A DNA stretch of 64,000 nucleotides from Leucoraja erinacea (Eukaryota): contig NC_073390.1 in NCBI RefSeq assembly GCF_028641065.1, forward strand, positions 39,866,001 through 39,930,000, in the 5' to 3' direction. Made by a program: the position numbers and the translations under genes. Below the pieces are notes generated by a model. The model saw only the letters and a list, made by a program, of their open reading frames with translations, was not told where the DNA came from and did not search any database. Of this stretch, positions 46,001-56,539 are shown in pieces; position 1 is the first letter of the stretch; each line of letters begins with the position of its first letter.

Positions 46001-48272
46001 CTTGGCCTCCACAGCCTTCTGTGGCATTGAATTCCACAGATTCACCACCCTCTGACTAAAGAAATTCCTCCTCATCTCCTTCCTAAAAGAACATCCTTTA
46101 ATTCTGAGTAGAGTGTGGATTGATTTTAATGTCTTGGTGTTTAGCTCTGAAATGTCTTCTTTATCTTTTGTAGGATTTAGTCAAGGACTGCGTCGATCAA
46201 TAGGTGGAGTTGCCACAATAATGGGCCCAATGTGGGCTGGGGGATTAATTAATAATCTTTATATCATGTTTGGCGTCATGATGGGACTTCTGACACTTCT
46301 AACTGTAAGTAAAGTGAAAATAGCTCACTAAAATGTCAATTACATTAGGATTTCTCACATGATGGAGTTTGTAATTCATCATTTGGAAATCCATTTGCAA
46401 ATAGCAGATTCTGAACAATTAGGGGGTTTTGACAGCGTTTGTAGTTATATGAGCAGTGATGGTTCCCACAGTGGCACTGTGGTGCAGCAGTAGAGTTGCT
46501 GCCTCACAGCGCCGGAGACCCAGGTTCCATCCTGACTATGGGGTCTGTCTATACAGAGTTTGTACGTTCTTCCTGTGACCTGCGTGGGTTTTCTACAGGT
46601 TCTCCGGTTTCCTCCCACACTCCAAAATGTGTATGGGTCAATTGGCCTTGGCTAAATTGACCCTAGTGTGAAGGATAGTGTTAGCGTGCGGGGATTGCTG
46701 GTCGGCGTAGACTCAGTGGGCTGAAGGGCCTGTTTCCGCGCTGTGTCTCTCAAATCTAAATAAAACTACAACTGAGTACAGAGTAAAAGCTTTGTGCGTG
46801 ACAATACATCAGAGCGTGTGAAACTATGTAGGCCTTTTTACCCTGGCTGGCAAATGGACTGAGACTTTGGAGCTCACCTCATGGCTGATCTCAGCCAATT
46901 TGAGTTGGAAAAAGAGCTTTGACTCCACAGAGTCTGAAACGTCACCTGTCCATTCCCTCCACTTGAACGGCTGGGTTCCTCCAGCAGTTGAAGCTTTGCT
47001 CGGGAGCTTTGTCTAACCATTTCTGTACTCTTCCTTCAATTGACAATATCAAAGCTAATTTAGAGTTCCTGTTGCCTGCTCAGATTATTTCTGGATATCT
47101 AAGAATGTTAGGCCAGCAGGGCTTGTAGGCCAAGGCTTCTGCTACTATGTGGGTACCTGTGAATGAGCGATGCCCTTCACAGTGTGGACAAACTGTGCCC
47201 CACCTTGATGCACCCCCATTTCTCCCACCGTCCTGCCTCTATTTACCCGTTGACCATCCCTTCGCACTGAGATCCCGTCGTCTAGCTTCACGTTTCGCGT
47301 GTCTTCTCTTCTAATCTCTCACCTTCCGTCTTTTCATCTCAGGCCTTTGTCCAACCATCTGCCAATCAAAGCCTCCCCTCTCCAGTATCCATCCATCACT
47401 TGAGAGGCCGGCACTTTAGCGCAGCGGTAGAGTTGCTGCCTCACAGCCCCGGAGACCCGGGTTCCATCTTGACTACGGGTGCTGTCTGTGCGGAGTTTGC
47501 ACGTTCTCCCAGTGACCACATGAGTTTACTCCGGGTGATCCGGTTTCCTCCCACACTCCAAAGGCGTACAGATTTGCACATTAATTGGCTTGGTAAAATT
47601 GAAAATTGTCCCTAGTGTGTATAGGATAGTGTTAATGTGTGGGGGTCGCTGGTCGGTGCGGACTAGATGGGCTGAAGGGCCTGTTACCGCACTGTACCTC
47701 TAAACACTTGCCAGCCTTTGTCCCGACCCCACCCCTCTTCCGGCTTCCTACCCCCCCCCCCCCCCCCCATTCAGTCTGTAGAAGGGTCCCAATCTGAAAC
47801 ATCACCTATCCATGTTCCCCAAAGATGTTTCCTGACTATTGTTACTCCAGCACTGTGTCTTTTAAAAAAAAAATTAAAAGATGTATCATTTGACCAGAAT
47901 CAACATAATTACATGCAACATGCCAATCTTTTTGGTTTTATAAAGGAATGGAAGATGTATATGTCGAGTTTGATTATTCTAATCCAAATAGTGATAATAT
48001 GTGCATGTAATATGTGAATATGTGATTCTGTTCCATTCTGTTTTGTAGTTTTTGCACAAATCCGTGAGCATTGTCACTTTTCATTTCATTGCACATCTCG
48101 AATGTGTATGTGACGAATAAACCTGACTTGACTTGATGAAAATAAATGAACTGCATTTGGGTAACTTTGGTTTCTGCTTTAGATAATGATGATATTGTCC
48201 TACAGTTATCTGGTTGAACCTGCCCCATCACAAATGTCACCTGTGAACAGAAGAAACATGGATGATGACTGA
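24983..48272 (+). CDS. MFSD8-like (CLN7-related) major facilitator superfamily transporter, 489 aa; join(24983..25058,32199..32384,34529..34591,34861..34980,36317..36396,38076..38388,42390..42463,44113..44196,44306..44435,45416..45538,46174..46304,48183..48272)
   Basis: 12 GT-AG exons with consistent phases total 1470 nt. Multiple hydrophobic helices, motif-A-like GHISDR, RLVAGIG and NKYTSPG. Resembles the fish MFSD8-like paralogues more than MFSD8 itself. Confidence 0.92.
25746..25915 (+). repeat. 28-bp minisatellite, about 6 copies
   Basis: TGGACAG at 25759, 25787, 25815, 25843, 25871 and 25899. Confidence 0.85.
27960..28478 (+). mobile_element. Rex1/Babar-type LINE 3' end
   Basis: HPLH...RTERFRRSFTPAAIRFYNS*, then TTCCCTGAGGGGATCAATAAAG(TAT)n tail. 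Confidence 0.8.
29230..29760 (-). mobile_element. Rex1/Babar-type LINE 3' fragment
   Basis: Homologous to the 10740-11010 fragment (CCLRKAANIIK; RNSFF region). Confidence 0.7.
31386..31614. mobile_element. Partial Harbinger-type MITE related to 9897-10218
   Basis: Shared AAAAATGTCCAC and GGTACTCG segments; ends in GTGGGACAGGCCCTT. Confidence 0.55.
32199..32384 (+). CDS. MFSD8-like exon 2
   Basis: tttcag|(A)VILPTIWAYL...GHISDRSWRTKPIILFANLFEIV G|gtaggt. Confidence 0.93.
32458..32659. mobile_element. Tigger/pogo-type MITE (MER47-like ends), TA TSD
   Basis: TA|CAGATGCTCCCTAATTTACGATG...CATCGTAGGTCGAGAAGCAGTTG|TA. Confidence 0.75.
34529..34591 (+). CDS. MFSD8-like exon 3
   Basis: ttttag|(G)NFMYFMGYSKWLLLGSRLVA G|gtaag. 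Confidence 0.93.
34861..34980 (+). CDS. MFSD8-like exon 4
   Basis: ttgcag|(G)IGTGAGACIFGYLTRSTSTGERATVFAVVMAARQAGLLI G|gtaagt. Confidence 0.93.
36317..36396 (+). CDS. MFSD8-like exon 5
   Basis: ttttag|(G)PGFNLFLRLCNFNLGPFKVNKYTSPG|gtaag. Confidence 0.93.
38076..38388 (+). CDS. MFSD8-like exon 6 (helix plus central loop)
   Basis: ttacag|LFMCLMWTILQVIIIFMYYDLP...PFHNFSAAK G|gtaggt. Confidence 0.92.
38630..39065 (-). mobile_element. L1/Tx1-type LINE 3' end
   Basis: CWKVINAVK..LWSAR and ECCRLAHCGLQEYMLRDALKLGAANAKARWG, followed by AATAAA and an A-rich tail. Confidence 0.7.
41057..41480 (-). mobile_element. Putative non-autonomous RTE-type element (5'UTR fused to 3' tail)
   Basis: Minus strand GGGCTCGTCAGCCTGGGAAGGCAGTCCATCTAGGAGAGGGAAAACTC resembles RTE 5'UTRs and CCATGGTCAGTCTTGGCC resembles an RTE 3' end. 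Recognised from memory only. Confidence 0.45.
42390..42463 (+). CDS. MFSD8-like exon 7
   Basis: tttcag|(E)YLREEVVVVLTAQFITLFNQTALE|gtattc. Confidence 0.92.
42843..42870 (+). ncRNA. Minimal hammerhead ribozyme motif, sense in MFSD8-like intron 7
   Basis: CUGAAGA-A-GGGU-CUCG-ACCC-GAAAC-GUC. Confidence 0.7.
44113..44196 (+). CDS. MFSD8-like exon 8
   Basis: ctttag|TMVTPMTQKYFNFGELENSLMYCMCGVE|gtaagc. Confidence 0.93.
44306..44435 (+). CDS. MFSD8-like exon 9
   Basis: ttgtag|VIIGFFIVRWLSTKFADRVILALGLVICNISCVWCLIFLANPK G|gtaac. Confidence 0.92.
45416..45538 (+). CDS. MFSD8-like exon 10
   Basis: taacag|(G)GFSIVLCEFVVGVFLQILGLPFVAVSQVSLFSKVTAEKTQ G|gtcagt. Confidence 0.92.
45771..45798 (-). ncRNA. 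Minimal hammerhead ribozyme motif
   Basis: CUGAAGA-A-GGGU-CUUG-ACCC-GAAAC-GUC on the minus strand. Confidence 0.65.
46174..46304 (+). CDS. MFSD8-like exon 11
   Basis: ttgtag|(G)FSQGLRRSIGGVATIMGPMWAGGL...LLTLLT|gtaagt. Confidence 0.93.
46472..46765 (+). mobile_element. V-SINE (HE1-like), full length
   Basis: tRNA-like head, V core, GAAGGGCCTGTTTCCGCGCTG tail. Further copies near 11697, 25445, 33415, 35050, 43305, 47408 and 48630. Confidence 0.8.
48183..48272 (+). CDS. MFSD8-like exon 12 (stop codon)
   Basis: ctttag|IMMILSYSYLVEPAPSQMSPVNRRNMDDD TGA. Confidence 0.85.
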   Translation: MMMILSYSYLVEPAPSQMSPVNRRNMDDD

Positions 48273-48336
48273 TTAAAATGTCATGAACTCGAGTAGGAGT
48301 GTACAAGGTAAAACTAAGGGGCAAAAGTATAACTGT

Positions 48337-48622
48337 CTGAGGAAGGGACCCGACCTGAAACGTCACCTATCCATGTTCCCTAGACATGCTGCCTGACCCG
48401 CTGAGTAACTCCAGCACTCTATGAAACGTCACCTATCCATGTTCTCCACAGGTGCTGCCTGACCCGCTGAGTAACTCCAGTACTCTGTGAAACGTCACCT
48501 ATCCATGTTCTCCACAGGTGCTGCCTGACCCGCTGAGTAATTCCAGCACTCTATGAAACGTCACCTATCCATGTTCTCCACAGATGCTGCCTGACCCGCA
48601 GAGTTACTCCAGCAGTCTGTGT
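48337..48622 (+). repeat. Hammerhead-like head plus four 66-bp tandem units
   Basis: CTGAGGAAGGGACCCGACCT, then GAAACGTC at 48357, 48423, 48489 and 48555. Confidence 0.92.
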
Positions 48623-49593
48623 CTTCAATTTAGTTTAGTTTAGAGATACAGCGCAGAAACAGGCTCTTTCGGACCACTAGGTCCGTGCCAACCAGTGATC
48701 CCCGCTCATTAGCACTATCCTTTACCCACTAGGGATAATTTCAACATTTACCAAGCCAATTAATCTACAAACCTGCACGTCTTTGGAGTGCGGGAGGAAA
48801 CAGAAGATCTCGGTGAAAACCCACGCAGGTCACGGGGAGACCGACAAACTCGGGACAGACAGCACCCGCAGTCAGGATCGAACCCGGGTCTCTGGCACTG
48901 CAATCATTGTAAGGCAGTAACTCTACCGCTGCGCCACCGTGCCCGCCCAAAGGTGCTCTGTTTTCTCCCACAGCCCAAAGACGTGCGGGTTTGTATGTTA
49001 ATTGGCCCTCTGTAAATTGTCCCGAGACTACAGGGATTGGATGAGAAAGTGGGACAGCCCAGAGCTGGTGTGAAGGGTGATCAATGGTCGACCAGTGCCG
49101 CAGGTCCTGTTTTTGTGCATTTTTTAATCAATATGACGGTAAATGTATGAAAAATAGGAAATAAAACTGGTGGCTAAATGATACTATTAATTTGCCTTCC
49201 ATCACAGTGAGGAACGCGATTCCACTGTGGTGGATGTTTATTTTACATTTATTGTGTATTGTGTTCTTTTTACTTGTTTGGCAACTCAAATATCACTGTA
49301 TCTTATTTGGTGCATGTGACGATAAATGTGAACAAACTTGGTCTAAGTGAGAGTAAATGACTGGAGGTTTATCAATGTAGTAAACTGAATGATCAGCATC
49401 ACTTCTGTGTCACAAAGAGAAATATCCATGATCAATTCCTAGCAAGAATCAAACTGGAGTGGGTGGGAAATTGAGAATAGGCGATGGATGGTCAGCATTT
49501 ACTCAGTGGGCTGAAGGGCCTGTTTCCATGCTGTATCTTTCTGAACGTTGAATCCTTGAATTTGAGGTAACTTCTACCTACACTCTCCCCCCC

Positions 49594-49629
<36 letters not shown>

Positions 49630-51102
49630 ATTAAAAAGCTCCACGGTTCACACCGTGTATTTCTCTTTGGTCATGCCGTCACTCGCCAACAGTTGGTCTA
49701 TCAGGGAACCTCCCTGCCTGAGGCCATCTGTTGGTGGCTCTAATTTGTCCCGGTCTTCTTGCTTTCAATCCCCCCCCCCCCCACACACATCCTAAAGCCA
49801 ATACCAACCCCAAAACATCTCCTATTGTGTTCTAGGGAGACAGAAATGCTGGAGAAACTCAGCAGGTGAGGCAGCATCTATGGAGCGATGGAAATAGGCA
49901 ACGCTTCGGGTCGAGACCCTTCTTCAGACTCAATACTCCTATAGTGTCGTCACTTGCGGGCGGAGCACCAAGGCAAATTCCTTGTATGTGAATACTTGGC
50001 CAATAAACATATTAATTCATTAATTAATTGGTTGATTATACTTTTCCTCTCGAGGTGCTGCCTGACCCGTAGAATTACTCCAGCACTTTGTGTCTATCTT
50101 TGACATAAACCAGCATCTGCAGTTCCTTTTTATTTTATTACAGCAACTTTGTGGTTTAGAAAGATCACAAAAGGCTATTTGACAACTCTGGCTTGCCTCA
50201 GTTCAGAAACATTACCGATATTTCCTAAACATTTCCCACTGTTGTTCTTTCTGCCTGATCCTGTTAAATCAAATCACATGATACACAAGTACAGTCAGAC
50301 CATGCACAAGTAGAGCAGGTAGTGCAAAGAGAAAGAGACCAGAGTGCAGAACATAGACTTACAGCGTTATAGCATTTCAGTTGCAGGGAAAAAAGTGCAA
50401 GGTTGGCAATGAGGTAGGTTGGAAGATCAGAGCTACACCCTTAGCTTATGGGACGTCAGTTCAGATGTCTGATAACAGAGGGGAAGAAGCCGTTGCTGAA
50501 TCTAGTGGTACATGCTATCAAGCTGCCCGACGGGAGAGGGAAGAGGAGGGAATGACCAGAGAGGTGTGAGTGGGCCTTGATTATGTTGGTTACCTTCTCA
50601 AGGCAGCGGGAAGTGTAGATGGGATTCGATGGTTGGGAAGCCGGTCTGTGTGACGGACTATGCGATATAGTATTTAGAGATGAAAATATTATAAACCATC
50701 GATGCATGTCCCCTGTTTTATAACCTGAACCAGTTGATTAACTGTAGGTAAAGAACTGCAGGTGCTGGTTTAAATCGAAGGTAGGCAAAAATGATGGAGT
50801 AGCTCAGCGGGACAGGCAGCATCTCTGGAGAGAAGGAATGAGTGACGTTTCAGGTGAGTCTGAAGAAGGGTCTCGACCTGAAGCATCTGCAGGAGATGCT
50901 GCTTCCTTCTCCAGGTGATGCTGTCTGTCCCGCTGAGTTACTCCAGCATTTCGTATCTACCAGTTTGATTAACTGTTCAGTTGTCATCTACCCACAATGA
51001 TTCTTTTTTTGCCTTGTCATATTTTAATTTCTAGTGCATTAAAATGAAAATGAGTAAAATGTTGATTTGCACAAAATGTCTTTTTTTTCTCCCCCTTCAC
51101 AG

Positions 51103-51590
51103 ATGTCCAATGCTGCTGCTGCGATGCTTTTTACTACATAATGCTGCCACATTGTATGTGGACATTCTGATCAAGCAAACCTTTTGTACGTGGTGATAAA
51201 TGTAAAGAACAATATAATGTTATATAAAGTGATCGGAGAAACTAGAAAGGCAATATTAAAATGTGAACAAAATAATGCAGTCCTGTTCATTTCAGGTTCT
51301 CTCAGAGTATATCGTTTCTAGAATTTATATTTTAAATTGCAGGACATGATTTTGAGAAAATTTATTTTTAAATCACTGTTAAATAGACTGCATTTAAGAT
51401 AAAAATCACATTTTCTGCATTCAAATGTAAGTGTGCATCAAATGTGTTCTGAAACTGTGGAAAATAGACAATGTTAGATGTGACAGTGTGTCATAAATGT
51501 ATTTGATGGAGTATGTTTTGTATTGACGATGAACCCGACTGTTTTAAAAAAGAACATGTAATAAATAACTAATTTAATTCTGATTTCAGT
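51103..51590 (+). other. Candidate terminal non-coding (3'UTR) exon of the MFSD8-like gene
   Basis: Strong acceptor ttttttttctcccccttcacag, repeat-free AT-rich body, AATAAA at 51560-51565. Confidence 0.55.
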
Positions 51591-51952
51591 TATCTTGTAG
51601 AAAACTAGCAAATTTGTCTGCCTAATGGCAAATTTAAATGTCGAGCATCGTAAGTATTAACTTCAAACCTCTGTGCCTCACCTGGGCTCGCACCTCCATC
51701 TCCCCTCACCCTCCCCTTCCACCTACTTTCCTCCCTCGAGCTTCACAACTTCAACTCTTTCGCCTCCTCTTTTCATTTCTGACTTTTGTCCATCATCTGC
51801 CTATCAAAACCTCTCACCTGTATCAACCTATTACCTGTCCAGCTTTGTCCTGCCCCTCCCCTTTTCAAGCTTTCGTTCTCCCCCACCCTCCTGCTAAAAT
51901 CAGTCTGAAAATGGGTCCCGACTTGAAAAGTCACCCCCCATTCTTCTAAATT

Positions 51953-52350
51953 TCAGCGAGTACAGGCCACTGCCGTCAAACGCCCATCATAGGTTAACCC
52001 ACTCATTTCTGGGATCATTCTTGTAAACCTCCTCTGGACCCTCTCCACAGCCAGCACATCCTTCCTCAGATATGGAGCCCACAATTGTTCACAATATTCC
52101 AAATGCGGCCTCACCAGCACCTTATGGAGCCTCAACATTATATCCCTGTTTTTGTATAAAAGCCCTCTTGATATAAATGCTAACATTGAGTTTGCTTTCT
52201 TTACTACCGATTCGACTTGCAGATTCACATTTTGGGAATCCTGCACCAGAACTCCCAAGTCCCTTTGCACCTCCGAATTCTGGATTCTCTCCCCATTTTG
52301 AAAATAGTCTACGCCTTTATTGCTACTACCAAAATGCATGGCTCCGCACT
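51953..52350 (-). mobile_element. CR1-type LINE RT C-terminal fragment
   Basis: QRDLGVLV...LVRPHLEYCEQLWAPYLRKD...ERVQRRFTRMIP. Confidence 0.9.
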
Positions 52351-55300
52351 TTACTGCACTATACACTGGCGGTGCTGGCTCGATGGGCCGAATGGCCTAC
52401 TCCTGCACCTATTGTCTATTCCATCTGCCACTTCTCTGCCAACTCTCCCAACCTGTCCACGTCCTTCTGCAAGGTCCCTGCTTTCTTTACACCACTACCT
52501 GCCCCTCCACCTCCACACCAGCCAGACTCCACGCAGACAGCACCAGTAGTCAGGATGGAACCCGGGTTTCTGGTGTTGTGAAGCAGCAGCTCCACCAGCT
52601 GCACCACCATGCCACCAAAGACCTGTGTGGGGTTTGCACCTAAAGTGCCTGTTTCTATGCTGTATGATTCCGTGACTCATAAGAATGGTATGTACGAGGA
52701 AAAATGCTGCACAGCTACTTGAAATGGATATCTACTGTCTATTGTTCAAGAAGGAACTGCAGATGCTGGATAAAATTGAAAGTAGACAAAAAATGCTGGA
52801 GAAACTCAGCGGGTGAGGCGGCATCTATGGAGAAAAGGAGTAGGCGACGTTTCGGGTCGAGACCCTTCAGACTTATGTCGGGGTGGGAAAAAAGGAAGAG
52901 GCGGAGACAGTGGGCTATGTGGGATGTTGCTAAACTGTCTTCGAAGAGAGGAGGAGAACTTCTTCAAAGTAGACTTGCCTTGAGGAGATTTCGCAGTGTG
53001 GTAGACAAAATGTTTAAGGAACTGCAGATGCTGGATAAATCGAAAGTAGACAAAAAATGCTGGAAAAACTCCGCGGATGGGGCAGCATCGATGGAGAAAA
53101 GGAGTATGCAACGTTTCTGGTTGAGACCCTTTTTCCAACCCCCCACCCCTGACATCAGTCTGAAGAGTCTCGACAGCCGTCTGTGGCAAAGAATTCCACA
53201 GATTCACCACCCTGTTTGGGATGTGCACGTATTTCATACAAACATAGAAAATAGGTGCAGGAATTGACCATTCGGCCCTTTGAGCCAGTACAGCCATTGA
53301 ATATGATCATGGCTGATCCAAAAATCAGTAGAATCAAGGAAAGAGCGTTCACGTGGCGGCCCTATTTCCACTAATCTTTCCACCACCACGCACAAGAAGC
53401 GACAAAACAGACACCATTGCATGCAGAAGCCGAGGAGTGTGTAGCTCTGGCTGAACAACTTCGAATCTTGTGTGTATGGACTCGACAAGAGGAAGTATCC
53501 CGTTCCTGCTTTTTCCTCCATATCCCTTGATTCCCAAGAGCCACATCCAAAGTCTCTTGAATTCATCCAGTGAATTGGCCTCCACTGCCTTCTGTGGCAG
53601 AGAATTCCACAGATTCTCAACTCTGGGTGAAAATGTTTTTCCTCATCTCAGTCCTAAATGGTCTACCCCTTATTCTTAAACGGTGACCCCTGGACTCCCC
53701 CAACATCGGGAGTATTTTTCCTGCATCAATCCCTTAAGAATTGTATATGTTTCTATAAGATATCCTTTCATTCTTCTAAATTCCAAGCTCTGTCGATCCA
53801 TTGTTTCAGCTCCTTGCCTCCAGTGGGAGGCCCATTTTAACCAGGCTTATGCTGGCAAGGGCCAGGGATTTATTGATTTTTCATTGTCAATCAAATGAGG
53901 AGTTTTGGTTTCTAACCGGTTAATTATTTCTGTGTTCAGCAAACACAGAGAAATACTGGAGCAGGGAGGGGCAAGCGAATCAGATCAACACTGCCTCCAC
54001 GACCGAAGAGAAAATCCTTTAGGGAAAGCCTAAGAGAAATCCCTTGCCTTGAACACGCTGGAACAATTATTTTGAGGGGAGCAAGCAGAAATATGCTTTC
54101 CATCCTAGCTTGTTTTCCTGAAATTATGTATTTTGAGCCAAATTTATTATTGTGGTTCTATTGTAATATTATTGTGGTAATATTATTAGTATATTCCAAA
54201 ATATTTGATATCTGTCTTATTCTAAAGTTGGAAAGCAGAAGATATTCACCAGGATGTTAACATCTCTGCGGAGAAGGAATGGGTGACGTTTCGGATTGAG
54301 ACCATGCTTCAGACGAGAGTCAGTGGAAATGGAAATGAGAGATATAGACAGTGATATACATTCAGCCCTTCGAGCCATTCAATGTATCCCTTTAAACCGA
54401 AGATAATAGACAATAGGGGCAGGAGTAGGCCATTTGGCCCTTCTAGCCAGCACCGCCATTCAATGTGATCATGGCTGATCATCCCCAATCAGTACCCCGT
54501 TCCTGCCTTCTCCCCATATCCCCTGACTCCGCTATCTTTAAGAGCCCTATCCAGCTCTCTCTTGAAAGTTTCCACAGAACCGGCCTCTGAGGCAGAGAAT
54601 TCCACACTCACAACTCTGTGAGAAAATATGTTTCCTCACCTCTGTTCTAAATGGCTTACCCCTTATTCTTAAACTGTGGTGTAGAGAGATATAGAACGAA
54701 AAATAGTCTGAATGGTCATGTCACCCATTCCTTCACCCCAGAGATGCTGCCTGTCCTGCTGAGTTACTCCAGCATTTTGTGTCTAATCTTTGGTTTAAAC
54801 CAGCATCTGCAGCTCCTTCCAACAGCAGGATGTTACCTGGGCTTGTGGGCTTGAGTTACAGGGTTGGATAGGCTGGGCCTTTTTTTTCTTTGGAGCGTGG
54901 GAGGCTGAGGGGTGACCTTGTTGAGGTGTACAAGATCATGAGGGGCACGGATAAAGTGTCTTTATCCCAGGGTAGAGGATTCTAAAACTAGAGGGCACAG
55001 GATTAAGGTGAGGGGAGAGTTTTGAGAGGGACTTCAGGGGCAATTTATTTTCAGTCGGAGGGTCGTCCGTATCCTGAACGAGTTGCCAGAGGAAAGTATA
55101 GCAGTGGATACAATGACAGCGTTTAAAAGACATTAGGACACATATATGGATAGGAAAATTTAAAGGGATGTGGGCCAGACTTGCTCAGTATGGACATGGT
55201 GGGCCGAAGGGTCTGTTCCCATGCTGCACCATTCTATGATTCTGTGCTCAAGGAAAATAAATGTAGAGCCAAAGGGGTAGGAAAGAACTGCAGATGCTGG

Positions 55301-56354
55301 TTTAAATCAAAGGTAGACACAAAATGCTGGAGTAACTCAGCGGGACAGGCAGCATCTCTGGAGAGAAGGAATGGGCGATGTTTCTGGTCGAGACCCTTCA
55401 GATCAAAAGGCTTCAGAGCCAGAAGGTTGCTGGAAAGAAAGTATTAAAAAAACAGCCACAAACTAAACAAGGTGTTCTCCAACACAACCAGACATTTGCC
55501 AATGAAGCCCCTCTAGCCTGTATCCACCTATTTACTCAGTTTGTCCTGCTCCCATTCCACTTCCGACTTTTACATTCCCCCCCACCTCCAGTCCGAAGAA
55601 GGGTCCCAACCCAAATCGTTGCCTGTCCATTCCCTCCACAGAGGCTGCATAACCCGCTGAGTTCCTTCAGTCTGAAGAAGGGTCTCGACCCGAAACCTCA
55701 CCCATTCTTTCTCTCCAGAGATGCTGCCTGTCCCGTTGAGTTACTCCAACTTTTTATGTCTACGAGGAAACACTTTTTCTCACAGAGAGTGGTGAGTCTG
55801 TGGAATTCTCTGCCTCAGAGGGCGGTGGAGGCCAGTTCTCTGGATGCTTTCAAGAGAGAGCTAGATAGAGCTCTTAAAAATAGCGTAGTCGGGGGATATG
55901 GGGACAAGGCAGGAACGGGGTACTGATTGGGGATGATCAGCCATGATCACATTGAATGGCAGTGCTGGCTCGAAGGGCCAAATGGCCTACTCCTGCCCCT
56001 ATTGTCTATTGTCTACTATCTTCGGTTTAAACCAGCATCTGCAGTTCCTTTCTACACAGAGTTCCACCAGCACTTTGTTTTGCTCAAGATTCCGGCATCC
56101 CCAGTTCCGTGTGTCCACTACCCAATCGCAAAGAAATCTACTGTAAACAAAAATGAATGATGATGCTAGTGGGCGCGACAATATTTGACAGTGTTAAAAT
56201 AGAGGGGATTGTTGGTAATGCAGTATGAACATTGACCTCCAATTTCAGGTAGTCCCTGCTATCTCTCTCCTTCCCCTCCCCTCCCCAGCTCTCCCACAGC
56301 CCACTGTCTCCGCATCTTCCTTACTTCTTCCCGCTCCCCCACCCTCGCATCCGT

Positions 56355-56382
56355 CTGAAGAAGGGTCTCGACCCGAAACGTC
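56355..56382 (+). ncRNA. Minimal hammerhead ribozyme motif
   Basis: GU-CUGAAGA-A-GGGU-CUCG-ACCC-GAAAC-GUC-AC. Confidence 0.7.
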
Positions 56383-56539
56383 ACCTATTCCTTCGCTCCA
56401 TTGATGCTGCCCCACCCGCTTCTTCTTCTTCTTCTATGTAGTTTTTTTTGGCGGTTGGCAAACAACTTTTTAGTGCATTACCGCCACCAACTGGTATGGA
56501 GTGTGGATCAAATAACATTATAACTTATATACTAATAAC

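Noticed and set aside
49586-49629. Long poly-C run as a functional element
   Set aside because: Homopolymer at a repeat boundary whose length is unreliable in assemblies.
52704-53297. 187-aa and 163-aa ORFs
   Set aside because: Composed of tandem PLE arms and LINE tails.
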